DNA from: Fibrobacterales bacterium
GTDB lineage: Bacteria; Fibrobacterota; Fibrobacteria; Fibrobacterales; JAOPTW01
Reading direction: 5' to 3'
Assembly: GCA_051532035.1 (NCBI GenBank)
Contig: JAOPTW010000037.1
Span: forward strand, 33,749 to 97,748
Length of the DNA stretch: 64,000 nucleotides
Part shown: positions 1 to 9,920 of the stretch, piece after piece
Layout: every line of letters begins with the position of its first letter
Numbering within the stretch: position 1 is the stretch's first letter
Made by a program: the position numbers and the translations under genes
The notes under the pieces: generated by a model
Told to the model about the DNA's origin: nothing
The model's database searches: none
The model's input: the letters and a program-made list of their open reading frames with translations, nothing else

Positions 1-336
1 TAGTCTGTAGGGTACGTTAACTCGCTCGCAACAAATGTTTTGTTAATTTCAGGGTTGTCTATGAACAAAGAGTCTGTTCCAATATCGGATTTTAGATTAA
101 AAAGGGTGTTACTGTTAAAGAGCCCTTTGTCGATATAGGGGGAGAGTTCAAATTTTTGGGAAAATAGAACAGTGGTAAATAGAAAAAGCAATGGCAAAAT
201 ATATTTCATAAAAGTACTGGTAAATAAAACGGATAATCTAGAAAATTAAGGGTTAAATAGGCTGGGAGGGCGTTTATATATATTTAGGTAGGTGGTTTTT
301 AATTATATTGTTCCTTTTTTAATAATTGGAATAGTA

Positions 337-954
337 ATGAAACTTTTTAATGCAATCTTAATAATCTCACTGGTATCTATACCTCTGTTTTCTAATGAAA
401 AGTATAAGAACCCAGAAGAGAGTTCTTCATATACCCAAGCGTCAGATCCTAGTGTGGACAATGAACCATTTACCAGAGACATTTCTGTAACCATTTCACC
501 ATTGCATCTTTTATTTCCAGTATATGAATTTACAGCTGAGTTTAAGGCTACTCCCAAAGTAGGGGTCGGTGCAATGCTTGGGTTTGGAAGTATGGAACTT
601 GAGAATAATTATAATGAAACGAAAAAGATTCCTGTCTTTGAATTGGCTGGTCAGTTGAATTATTATTTATTTGGAAATTTCGACCACGGGATGCAGGTTG
701 GGGCGGAACTATTGTACCTCCACGTTTCAATACCAGAAGATGAAGGGGTGTCAGGTACCGGAAGTGGTATTGGTATCGGTCCTTATGTAGGGTATAAAGT
801 GATTTCTAATGCGGGCTTTACCTTTAATATCCAATTAGGATATCAACAACTATTTGCACAGGCTGTAGCGAAAGATCGTTATGGTAATGAAATAGAAGGG
901 TCTACCGATACAGGTATTCCGCTATTAAATATTAATCTTGGATGGTCATTTTAG
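337..954 (+). CDS. Outer-membrane beta-barrel protein (DUF3575-like)
   Basis: Signal-like N-terminus from ATG 337 (MKLFNAILIISLV), alternating amphipathic beta-strands, C-terminal LNINLGWSF with terminal Phe. The ORF track starts at GTG 292. Confidence 0.6.
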   Translation: MKLFNAILIISLVSIPLFSNEKYKNPEESSSYTQASDPSVDNEPFTRDISVTISPLHLLFPVYEFTAEFKATPKVGVGAMLGFGSMELENNYNETKKIPVFELAGQLNYYLFGNFDHGMQVGAELLYLHVSIPEDEGVSGTGSGIGIGPYVGYKVISNAGFTFNIQLGYQQLFAQAVAKDRYGNEIEGSTDTGIPLLNINLGWSF

Positions 955-1009
955 TCAGCCTTTAAGTTGAAACCGAAGCCGACACACCACATTTTAAATC
1001 AGTAATTAT

Positions 1010-1046
1010 AAAAAAGCCCTTAACCACCTTGGTTAAGGACTTTTTT
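1010..1046. terminator. Intrinsic (probably bidirectional) terminator
   Basis: aaaaaagcccttaacca-cct-tggttaaggactttttt hairpin flanked by A and T tracts, just after the beta-barrel gene. Confidence 0.75.
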
Positions 1047-1250
1047 ACTCGAAGGCTTTGATAGGGTGAGGCAAAATATTGGGGATGAAGATTTGCTCTG
1101 CAAAAATTCGCCGAAGGCAATTGTTCTACTCATCAATGTCCTTGATCTGTAGCTTACAAATGGTAAGCGTATAAATGTGTGTGTTGGATTAAAAAGCATT
1201 GCTATGGTTTTGACATCTGCTCATTTGAGAGAAGATCAGAGCCTATCATA

Positions 1251-1278
1251 ATCTCGACCTCAGAGTGCTCTATACCCA
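1251..1278 (+). repeat. 28-bp direct repeat, copy 1
   Basis: atctcgacctcagagtgctctataccca; 27/28 identical to 13736-13763. Confidence 0.9.
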
Positions 1279-1303
1279 GAAGATTCGTCTTCTTATTTAA
1301 TCC

Positions 1304-1470
1304 TAGTGTAATAGAGTGTAATATACTGTAATTAATGCCCATATAACTGCTATTAGCCTGTTTTCATCCTATATGTATCTCTATTTTACTTGGAATTATG
1401 CGTTAAATCTGTTGTTAGAACAAAATAACGCATTATTCCATATATATGTAACATGATGGTAACATATATC
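1304..1470. promoter_or_regulatory. Putative operator cluster upstream of the lipid operon
   Basis: tgtaat three times at 10-bp spacing (1307, 1317, 1327); 15-bp inverted repeat with one mismatch, tggaattatgcgtta...taacgcattattcca (1391-1440); imperfect inverted repeat atatatgtaac...gtaacatatat (1442-1469). Confidence 0.45.
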
Positions 1471-1629
1471 GCATCTTATTCGTCTAATAATCAAATGGTT
1501 TAATGGTTATAACGCTCTATAGTTGGATGTACAGAATAATTATCTGTATATGAGATAAAACAACAACGATTTTTACGTAATATTGTAATTTCAAGGATGT
1601 AGAGGGGGAGACTTAACAAAGATGGGAAC

Positions 1630-2904
1630 ATGCCAAGTCAACATGATAACGTTGAAAGACACATTAATAGTATATTAGAAAGTAGTTCAATCGAAGAGAT
1701 CAAGGCACAGCTTGCGCCTAAAATGGATAATATTCCGCAACCGGTTGAACAGGGGTCTACTCCTGAAAATATCCTGAACCGATTGTCTCGACTTGCTCTT
1801 TCAGAAGAGTCTCAGAATTGTATAGCAGACTCATTTGCACTAGATCAGTCTGACCAATATTTTGGTAATATTGAAAATTTTATTGGATTAAGCAGAACTC
1901 CCCTCGGAATTGCTGGTCCACTGCGGATAAACGGAATGTATGCCAATGGTGACTACACTATTCCATTAGCAACAACCGAAGCTGCTCTTGTGGCATCATA
2001 CCACAGAGGGAGCACTGTTATTTCTATGGCGGGTGGGTGTACCGCCTTATTACTCAACGAGGGTATTAGTCGATCACCGGGTTTTATATTTAACGATTCG
2101 ACAGATGCATGTATTTTCATAGTATGGGTTCAAAAGCAGCTTGAGACATTTAAAAAAATTGTAGCGAACACAACGAACTATGGTGTTCTCACTGATATGA
2201 GAATGACTATCGAGAGTAATCATGTCTATTTAGTTTTTGAATATACAACGGGAGATGCCTCGGGACAAAATATGGTGACTATTGCTACTCAAGAGATTTG
2301 TGATTTCATTATTGCTCAGTCACCGATTACCCCCAATAAATCATATATAGAGGCAAATCTTTCTGGAGATAAAAAGGCAAGCCACCTTTCATTTCAAAAT
2401 GTACGTGGTAAAAAAGTTAATAGTGAGGTGGTTATTCCCTATGATCTCGTTAAAAAGAAGTTGAATACGACACCAAAAGATATTGTTGAGTACTGGAAGA
2501 TTTCATCCATAGGTGGAGTGTTAAGTGGAACCATTGGTTTTCAGGGGCATTATGCAAATGGGCTCACAGCACTCTATATGGCTTGTGGACAAGATGTAGC
2601 CTGTGTTTCAGAATCGGCAGTTGGTATAACCAAAATGGAAATTACAGAAAATAACGATCTATATGCCTCAGTAAATCTACCGAATATAATTATTGGTACA
2701 GTGGGAGGGGGGACGCAACTCCCTTCTCAAAAGGCATGTCTTGATATTATGGGGCTTGCGGGGGAAGGTAAGGCCCGTGCATTAGCAGAGGTTTGTGCAA
2801 GTCTCTGTTTGGCGGGCGAGATATCTATAATGAGTGCTATTACCTCAGGGGATTTTACACGAGCGCACAAAGTACTGGCGCGTAATAGAAACAGGAATAA
2901 ATAA
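1630..2904 (+). CDS. hmgA: Hydroxymethylglutaryl-CoA reductase (class I-like)
   Basis: Motifs ENFIG, PLATTEAALVAS (catalytic Glu), TGDASGQNM, NLSGDKK (class I cis-loop), GQDVACVSES (catalytic Asp), GTVGGGT, C-terminal RAH (His). Confidence 0.9.
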   Translation: MPSQHDNVERHINSILESSSIEEIKAQLAPKMDNIPQPVEQGSTPENILNRLSRLALSEESQNCIADSFALDQSDQYFGNIENFIGLSRTPLGIAGPLRINGMYANGDYTIPLATTEAALVASYHRGSTVISMAGGCTALLLNEGISRSPGFIFNDSTDACIFIVWVQKQLETFKKIVANTTNYGVLTDMRMTIESNHVYLVFEYTTGDASGQNMVTIATQEICDFIIAQSPITPNKSYIEANLSGDKKASHLSFQNVRGKKVNSEVVIPYDLVKKKLNTTPKDIVEYWKISSIGGVLSGTIGFQGHYANGLTALYMACGQDVACVSESAVGITKMEITENNDLYASVNLPNIIIGTVGGGTQLPSQKACLDIMGLAGEGKARALAEVCASLCLAGEISIMSAITSGDFTRAHKVLARNRNRNK

Positions 2905-3854
2905 TGGCTGATTACTCTCTAAAAGATAATGACAAAAACTTTTTAATTCGTTTCTGGATATACCAAAAAGAGCGGTTTCCTTTTTTTCAACATGGCATTT
3001 TAATTACTGCATTTGCCTTTTCGGCAGCAGCATATTCTCGTCTTTGTCGCGACTCTATCAGTTTTATACCTCTATCTACATTTATAGTTGGTGCGTTTAC
3101 TGCAATTGGTTTTTTCTTTTTACTCCGACTCTTTGATGAATTTAAAGATTATGAGGATGACGCTCGGTACCGCCCATATAGAGCAGTTCCTCGTGGATTA
3201 ATATCCTTCAAAGAATTAAAACTTATGGTTTTAGTAGTTATAGGGCTTATTGTCATTGTAAATGGGATTATATTACCCAAAATGCTTCCTGCCATTGCTA
3301 TCTGTTTTGTATATCTTGGATTAATGACCAAAGAGTTTTTTGTCCCGGAGTGGCTTAAAAAACACCCGATGATATATATGGCATCGCACATGATGATCAT
3401 GCCACTGATTGACTTATATACTACAGGACTTGATTGGATGAATGAAGGTATTTCTCCACCGCATGGTGTTGAAGTATTTTTGATAGTTTCATTCTTTAAT
3501 GGAATAGTTATAGAAGTAGGCAGAAAAATTAGAGCACCTCAGGATGAAGAGGAGGGGGTTGAAACCTATTCTGCACTGTATGGTACGACACGTGCGGCAC
3601 TCATATGGATAGCTGCTTTGGTTGTAACAGCTCTATGTGCAGTAATAGCCTGTTCACTAAACTCATACAGTTCTATCAGCATTATTATTTTATCAATTGT
3701 TTTTCCCCTAACGCTGTTACCAGCAATACTCTATTTGAAAAATGTATCAACAAAATCAAGTAAAAGAATTGAGCTTGCAGCGGGAGTCTGGACTATCGGC
3801 ATGTATTTAATTGTAGGCGCAACACCGCTTATTGTAAATCAGGTACTCTCATAA
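2904..3854 (+). CDS. UbiA-family membrane prenyltransferase
   Basis: Multiple TM helices; first acidic motif RLFDEFKDYEDDARYRPYRAVPRG; second motif EVGRKIRAPQDEEEGVETYS; start overlaps the hmgA stop (TAATG). Confidence 0.85.
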   Translation: MADYSLKDNDKNFLIRFWIYQKERFPFFQHGILITAFAFSAAAYSRLCRDSISFIPLSTFIVGAFTAIGFFFLLRLFDEFKDYEDDARYRPYRAVPRGLISFKELKLMVLVVIGLIVIVNGIILPKMLPAIAICFVYLGLMTKEFFVPEWLKKHPMIYMASHMMIMPLIDLYTTGLDWMNEGISPPHGVEVFLIVSFFNGIVIEVGRKIRAPQDEEEGVETYSALYGTTRAALIWIAALVVTALCAVIACSLNSYSSISIIILSIVFPLTLLPAILYLKNVSTKSSKRIELAAGVWTIGMYLIVGATPLIVNQVLS

Positions 3855-3855
3855 T

Positions 3856-6459
3856 ATGGATGTTATAACAACTATTACCGATGCTCATCAGCAAAATATT
3901 ATTGGCACTAAAGCATATAATCTTCTGACACTCAAAAAAGAAGGGTACCCGGTACCACCACTTTTTGCGGTTACGACGAATGCTTTTAATCATTATGTCC
4001 CCAGAGAATGGTTTAATGATCTTGACGAAGTTGTTGGGCGTATCAATGGAGTACCATTATCACCAGAGTTTTGTAGTGAACTCAATGCAATGGTTGATGA
4101 AAAAAAGTATTACGCAGTACGATCATCAGCGATAGGCGAAGACTCAGAGGAACTATCGTTTGCGGGGCAACTCGACTCCTTTTTATATGTTAAGGGTAAT
4201 GATATTACACGACATGTCAAAAAAGTGTGGGCATCTGCATTTTCTGATCGTGTGGTTGAGTATCGCCGAATAAACGATATCGCCAATGATACCGTTAATG
4301 TTGGTGTGTGTGTCCAAGAGATGGTCGCTGCAGACGTTTCTGGAGTTGCTTTTGGCATTGATCCCGTGTCGGGTAATAGAAACGCAGTAGTGATCTCTTC
4401 GGTGTATGGGTTGGGAGAGGGCTTAGTTTCGGGGGAACTCGATGCAGATACCTATACCTATTGTATGAAACAAAAGAGCTGTATCTCTAAAGATATTGTA
4501 GAGAAAAATCAGGCGATAGTTATGGACGCCGAAAGTCAACAGGGTGTGACACGAGTCTCAGTTGAAAGTGATAGACAGTCTCTATCTAGTTTAACAGATG
4601 GCCAGATTAAGCAACTTGCCGAAACAACTCGTTCTATATCTGAGTATTACCAATCACCACAAGACATTGAGTGGGCTATTGCAAATGATACGCTCTATAT
4701 TCTACAAAGTCGCCCAATAACCAATATGTCCAATATCCCCGATAAAACGCAGCAGAAAAGAGTCTGGGACAACAGTAACATTACGGAGAGCTATGCAGGG
4801 GTTACTACTCCTTTAACCTTCTCGTTTGTTCAAAAAGTATACACAAATGTATATGAACAATTTTGTTTGATTATGGGAGTTGAGCAAGAAGTGGTTGATG
4901 CCAACACTCCCATATTTAGTATGCTCGGATTAATGAAAGGGCGTATTTATTATAATCTACTCAATTGGTATAAAGTACTCTCGTTACTACCCGGCTACGA
5001 GATTAATGCGTCGTTTATGGAACAGATGATGGGGGTAACTGAAAAAATTGAATTTAACCCCAATCTAACGTATAGCAAAAAGAACAAGTACCGTAGAGTA
5101 GTAGGCTTGTGTTATTGCACTATAAAAAACCTTGTATCACTTTCTAAAAGTGTAACGGCATTTCATGTGTTACTCGATGCGACTCTTAAGCCTTACACTA
5201 ATGCTGATTATAGTAATAGCACAGTAGAAGAACTTATTGAGAACTATACTGACCTTGAAAAAAAGCTTTTAAAAAAATGGCAGGCACCGCTAGTTAATGA
5301 CTTTTTCGCTATGATTTTTAGTGGTATATTAAAAAAACTTGTGGTTAAATGGGGGATTGACTCAAATGGATCATTGCAAAATGATCTGCTGTGTGGCGAA
5401 GGGGGGATTGTTTCGACCGAGCCAATCCGAAGTATTTTTGCCATCGTAGAACAAATAAAGAGTACTCCTCGTTTAAAAGAACAGATTCTTTCACTTCCAG
5501 CAAAAAATGTACTGGAGTCAATCAGTGAATATCCTGAAGTACACAGTGCAATAATAGAACATTGTAATGCATTTGGTGATCGCTGTGTGAATGAACTGAA
5601 GCTCGAAACTATTTCGGCTAAGCATGATCGGTCAAAAGTAGTGCAGCTTATTCAATCATATTTGAAGGTTAAAGTACTCTCTATTCAACCAGGACATGAA
5701 AAACGAATTCGTGAGAGTGCTGAAAAAATAGTGCGTACCCATATGCGTTCTAAATTGGTTAAGAAAAGGATTTTTGGATGGGTACTCAATAAGACTCGGT
5801 TGCTCATTAAAAACCGAGAAAACTTACGCTTTGAGCGAACGAAACTATTTGCAGTGGTCCGAGAAATGTTTTTGGCAATAGGCCAAAAGTATGCAGCAGA
5901 ACGTACTTTGGAGTTTGATAGAGATATTTTCTATTTAAAAATTGATGAAATATTTTCTTTTGCCGATGGAACAGCGGTAGATTGCAATTTTAAAAAAATT
6001 GTTGCTGAGCGTAAAAAAGAGTTTGAAGAGTATGAAGGCGAAAAGGTTCCCGATCGATTTGAAACTTATGGTCCGGTAAATCAAACAAACTCTTTTGAAA
6101 GTACTACCGAAACGGTTGTTGTAGATAGCTCAAGTTTGTGCGGCACCGGATGCAGTCCTGGGAAAATCAAGGGGACCGTTGTTGTGGTTACCGACCCAAA
6201 CAACTCATCAAATTTGGATGGCAATATTATGGTTGCCGAAAAAACTGATCCGGGATGGGCGCCTCTATTCCCTTTAGCAAAAGGGATATTAGTTGAGCGA
6301 GGAAGTCTGTTATCACACTCAGCAATAGTTGCTCGTGAAATGGGTATTCCTGCTGTAGTTGGTATTAAAAATATTATGACAATACTAAAAACCGGAGATG
6401 AAATTGAGTTTGACGGCACAACAGGAGTCGTTAATATTCTTAAAAGGAGTGAGGGATAG
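3856..6459 (+). CDS. PEP-utilising enzyme / dikinase with rifampin-phosphotransferase-like architecture (ATP-grasp, substrate domain, phospho-His swivel)
   Basis: GTKAYNL, AVRSSAIGEDSEELSFAGQ, GLGEGLVSG, DIEWA...LQSRPIT; C-terminal GSLLSHSAIVAREMGIPAVVG; no PEP-binding TIM barrel apparent. Confidence 0.85.
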   Translation: MDVITTITDAHQQNIIGTKAYNLLTLKKEGYPVPPLFAVTTNAFNHYVPREWFNDLDEVVGRINGVPLSPEFCSELNAMVDEKKYYAVRSSAIGEDSEELSFAGQLDSFLYVKGNDITRHVKKVWASAFSDRVVEYRRINDIANDTVNVGVCVQEMVAADVSGVAFGIDPVSGNRNAVVISSVYGLGEGLVSGELDADTYTYCMKQKSCISKDIVEKNQAIVMDAESQQGVTRVSVESDRQSLSSLTDGQIKQLAETTRSISEYYQSPQDIEWAIANDTLYILQSRPITNMSNIPDKTQQKRVWDNSNITESYAGVTTPLTFSFVQKVYTNVYEQFCLIMGVEQEVVDANTPIFSMLGLMKGRIYYNLLNWYKVLSLLPGYEINASFMEQMMGVTEKIEFNPNLTYSKKNKYRRVVGLCYCTIKNLVSLSKSVTAFHVLLDATLKPYTNADYSNSTVEELIENYTDLEKKLLKKWQAPLVNDFFAMIFSGILKKLVVKWGIDSNGSLQNDLLCGEGGIVSTEPIRSIFAIVEQIKSTPRLKEQILSLPAKNVLESISEYPEVHSAIIEHCNAFGDRCVNELKLETISAKHDRSKVVQLIQSYLKVKVLSIQPGHEKRIRESAEKIVRTHMRSKLVKKRIFGWVLNKTRLLIKNRENLRFERTKLFAVVREMFLAIGQKYAAERTLEFDRDIFYLKIDEIFSFADGTAVDCNFKKIVAERKKEFEEYEGEKVPDRFETYGPVNQTNSFESTTETVVVDSSSLCGTGCSPGKIKGTVVVVTDPNNSSNLDGNIMVAEKTDPGWAPLFPLAKGILVERGSLLSHSAIVAREMGIPAVVGIKNIMTILKTGDEIEFDGTTGVVNILKRSEG

Positions 6460-6460
6460 T

Positions 6461-7570
6461 ATGGAAGAGTCTATAGAAAACAGGGCTGCTTTTGATATTA
6501 TTCGGTATGCTAACTGCTGGGAAGATACAGAAGTGTTACTCAAAGGGATGAATATAGTTCCGGGAGATATTTGTTATTCAATAGCAGCAGCAGGGGATAA
6601 CTCACTCGCTATGCTCACAAAAGATCCGGCAAAAGTAATTGCCTTTGATTTGAGTATCGCTCAAATTGCACTTGTTGAATTAAAAAAAATAGGATTTAAA
6701 AAGTTAGAATACCCTGAACTGCTCACGTTACTGGGAGTTACCGGTAGACCTGAAGAGCGTATTGCTCTTTATAATGGTATACAATCAAATTTGTCACAGG
6801 AATCAAAAATATTTTGGGAATCACGCCTCCAAGATATTGCCCAAGGGGTTATTTATACAGGGAAGTTCGAAAAGTATTTTAAATTGTTTCGTGAAAAATT
6901 CCTACCCTTTGTTCATACTAAAAAAACCATACAAAAACTTCTAGAAAAAAAATCATTTGATGAACAAGAGAATTTTTATGCAAAAAAATGGAACACGTGG
7001 CGTTGGCGATTAATGTTTAAAGTGTTTTTTTCAAAGTGGCTCATGGGTAAAGCCGGTAGAGATAAAGAGTTTTTTAAATATGTTGTTGATGATGTACCCT
7101 CAAATATACACCGAAGAGTAGCCCATGCACTCACAAAAATATCATGTCATCAAAACAGTTATTTGAATTTTATTCTTACGGGTAGTTATAATGGTGTTCT
7201 TCCGTATTATTTAAGAAAAGAGTATTTTACTAAAATCAAAACCAATATTGATAATTTAGAAATACATCAAGCCACATCAAGTGAGGTATTTAAAAAGGTT
7301 TCTGGCACATTTGATGCGATTAATCTTTCTGATATTTTTGAATATATGAATCCCGAACTTTTTAAAAGAGTAGCAGATGAAATTCTTGATAATGCGAACA
7401 GTGGTGCTCGTTTGGTTTACTGGAATATGATGGTTCCCCGTAAGGTGTCTGAGTTATATCCAGAACGGGTACAATGTGATGAGATGTTATCTGACTCTTT
7501 ATTGAGTGTTGACAATGCATTTTTCTACCAAAAGCTGTATGTTGATACCGTAAAAAGAGTTTGCGTATGA
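6461..7570 (+). CDS. DUF3419 / BtaA-like SAM-dependent 3-amino-3-carboxypropyl transferase
   Basis: YANCWED, SIAAAGDN (SAM motif), FDLSIAQIAL, LSDIFEYM. Probable start is ATG 6461 after GAGGGA; the ORF track starts at 6398. Confidence 0.8.
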   Translation: MEESIENRAAFDIIRYANCWEDTEVLLKGMNIVPGDICYSIAAAGDNSLAMLTKDPAKVIAFDLSIAQIALVELKKIGFKKLEYPELLTLLGVTGRPEERIALYNGIQSNLSQESKIFWESRLQDIAQGVIYTGKFEKYFKLFREKFLPFVHTKKTIQKLLEKKSFDEQENFYAKKWNTWRWRLMFKVFFSKWLMGKAGRDKEFFKYVVDDVPSNIHRRVAHALTKISCHQNSYLNFILTGSYNGVLPYYLRKEYFTKIKTNIDNLEIHQATSSEVFKKVSGTFDAINLSDIFEYMNPELFKRVADEILDNANSGARLVYWNMMVPRKVSELYPERVQCDEMLSDSLLSVDNAFFYQKLYVDTVKRVCV

Positions 7571-8916
7571 TTACTGAAAATGAAATAGTAAACATGATTA
7601 TAATCTCAGTAATATATTTAGTAACTTTTTCCGTTGCAGAACTCTGGCGATTGTTTTTTAAACCGAAAGTTGAATATACCAGAAAATTTGTACACTTAAG
7701 CTCAGGGCTCGTATGCCTCTCGTTTTCTTATGTTTTTGAATCTCATATAAGCATCGCCATTTTGGCTTCAATGTTTGCATTGATTATGATCGTTTCAAAA
7801 AAGTTTCATTTCCTTAAATCAGTTCATGGAATTAATCGAAAAACTCATGGAGGAATATATTATCCGGTTGCAGTGTACGGTACCTTTTTTATATCTACTC
7901 TTATACATCAGCCAGATTTTTATTTTATCTCTATTCTAGTGCTCTCTATATCCGATACATTTGCCGCATTTATTGGTGGTGCGTATGGAGTTAAGAAATA
8001 TAAAGTTGAAGTAGATTCAAAAAGCGTTGAAGGCTCCTTCGTGTTTTTTATGTTAACCTTTATAATAATCCTTGTCTGTTTGTTGCTACTCACTGGTTTG
8101 AATAGACCTGTTTGTATTCTCTTAGCATTTTACGTTGGGATACTGATAACAATATTTGAGTCACTCTCTACAACGGGGGCCGACAATTTTTTTATTCCAA
8201 TGGGTACCATAATGATATTGTATAATAATGCTCATAAGTCATGGGATATTATAGCAGTACAGATTGGAATAATGACCGCTGTATTGTTTGCGGTCTATTT
8301 TGTTATGCGCGGTCAAAAAAAGATTGGTTCAACAGGAATTCTCGGAGCAGGGATCATATGTTATGGAAGTTGGGCACTGGTTAATGAGTCATGGGCAATG
8401 GTTATCTTTATCGCAATTTGTATCTTCTCAATGAGTAAATTCTCAAAAATTGAATCAAGGTATCGCTACAGAGTTAAAACATCATTTTTCCTTTTCCTTA
8501 TACCACTTGTGTGGCTTGTTATTGCCCGTTATAGCACTTTTCACCAAAAATTTATGTTTGTACCTTATGTTATCTGTCTTGGCGGAATCCTCAGCTGTTT
8601 GTGGGGAAGACAAATAATTAAATATAAAGATATGCTTTCAAATTACTCTCCATTATACTCACTGAATAGTATCAAAAGAAGTGTCGTACTTACGGTTGTT
8701 TTTTTACCTGCCTACTTTATTACTGATGCATCCATAAATATTGTGTTAAGTATTCCGAGTCTTATTGGGGGAATCTTTTTGGTTGATTATTTAAGTAGAA
8801 AAGAGGTATATGGTAATGTAACACAAGCGGTTAAATCTCGGGTTATCATGTTGTATTCAGTTGCTGTTTCGGCTATAGTATTTGGATTAAACTACTACAT
8901 CTACACAGGGTATTAA
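7567..8916 (+). CDS. Phytol/dolichol kinase-like CTP-dependent membrane polyprenol kinase with extra C-terminal TM region
   Basis: RKFVH, SISDTFAAFIGGAYG, KSVEGS and GADNFFIP motifs; many TM helices; ATGA overlap with the previous gene. Confidence 0.75.
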   Translation: MITENEIVNMIIISVIYLVTFSVAELWRLFFKPKVEYTRKFVHLSSGLVCLSFSYVFESHISIAILASMFALIMIVSKKFHFLKSVHGINRKTHGGIYYPVAVYGTFFISTLIHQPDFYFISILVLSISDTFAAFIGGAYGVKKYKVEVDSKSVEGSFVFFMLTFIIILVCLLLLTGLNRPVCILLAFYVGILITIFESLSTTGADNFFIPMGTIMILYNNAHKSWDIIAVQIGIMTAVLFAVYFVMRGQKKIGSTGILGAGIICYGSWALVNESWAMVIFIAICIFSMSKFSKIESRYRYRVKTSFFLFLIPLVWLVIARYSTFHQKFMFVPYVICLGGILSCLWGRQIIKYKDMLSNYSPLYSLNSIKRSVVLTVVFLPAYFITDASINIVLSIPSLIGGIFLVDYLSRKEVYGNVTQAVKSRVIMLYSVAVSAIVFGLNYYIYTGY

Positions 8917-8918
8917 GA

Positions 8919-9920
8919 ATGGTAAAAGTTCTGAACCAATTATCAAAAATTGAGTTTGAAGATTATTTAGATACTCTTTCAACTGCAATATATAAGGATG
9001 ACCCATGTTTTGTAAAATCACCGGTCTCTATTACCTCTGCTCAGCATAAGTATTTTGTAGTTATTCAAAACGAGGTGGTGGTTGCATGCGCTATTGCCTT
9101 TATTGATAAGAAATTACAGTATAATGGGGTTGAGACTGGAGGGATAGGGTATTTTGAATCACTTGATGATATTCAATGTGTAAAATACCTCTTTACTCAC
9201 ATTGAGCAGTATTTTAAAGCTCACAGAGTTACAGAGTGTATTGGTCCAATAAATGGGTCGACATGGAATAAACACCGGCTCAATGCTCCTGATAGCGAAC
9301 CTACCTTTTTTCTTGATAACTATCACGCCCCTTGGTATTTAAATCTTTGGAAAGAGAGTGGATATCGTTCCATTTCAGAATATGAATCCACCTCTGTTAA
9401 ACGAAACAATTTTTCATTTACTCGATTGAGTCGATTTTCAAACTATTATTCCAAGAAGAATATTACCTTCAGACCACTCTCGATTGATGAGTTTGAGCGG
9501 GATATTGGATCAATATACTCTCTGTGTATTAAAAGCTTTGCTGATAATTTTTTATTTACTCCTATTGCCGATACTGATTTTCAAAAGATGTATTATCAGG
9601 CAAAAACATTTATTGACCCTCAGTGGGTGATACTTGCTGAAAATGGTGAAGGGGAGTTGCTTGCAGTGATATTTGCTGTCAAAGACGTGTACTGTACGAC
9701 TTCGAAACGATTGATTATAAAATCTTTGGCTATTGATCCCGAAAAATCTCCTCGAGGGCTTGGTGCCTATCTTGTAGAATTATTGCATCAACAGGCGCAT
9801 AATACAGGGTATGATGAGATAATTCATGCACTCATGCATAAAAATAACATTTCTACAAACATTGTATCAAAGTCGAGTAGTAGTTTTAGAACGTATCATT
9901 TAATGGGTAAAGAGTTATGA
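8919..9920 (+). CDS. GNAT-fold N-acyltransferase (YghO-like, two-domain)
   Basis: GGIGYFES, CIGPINGSTW, LAIDPEKSPRGLG (acyl-CoA loop), IIHALMHKNN. Confidence 0.7.
   Translation: MVKVLNQLSKIEFEDYLDTLSTAIYKDDPCFVKSPVSITSAQHKYFVVIQNEVVVACAIAFIDKKLQYNGVETGGIGYFESLDDIQCVKYLFTHIEQYFKAHRVTECIGPINGSTWNKHRLNAPDSEPTFFLDNYHAPWYLNLWKESGYRSISEYESTSVKRNNFSFTRLSRFSNYYSKKNITFRPLSIDEFERDIGSIYSLCIKSFADNFLFTPIADTDFQKMYYQAKTFIDPQWVILAENGEGELLAVIFAVKDVYCTTSKRLIIKSLAIDPEKSPRGLGAYLVELLHQQAHNTGYDEIIHALMHKNNISTNIVSKSSSSFRTYHLMGKEL

Noticed and set aside
1065..1125. ggcaaaa...gcaaaa segment as a c-di-GMP-I riboswitch
   Set aside because: I could not build the P1/P2 stems or the GNRA tetraloop and receptor; an Rfam scan would settle it
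3856..6459. Annotation as PEP synthase (ppsA) or rifampin resistance gene (rph)
   Set aside because: It lacks the PEP-binding barrel, and the operon context points to biosynthesis; no gene symbol assigned
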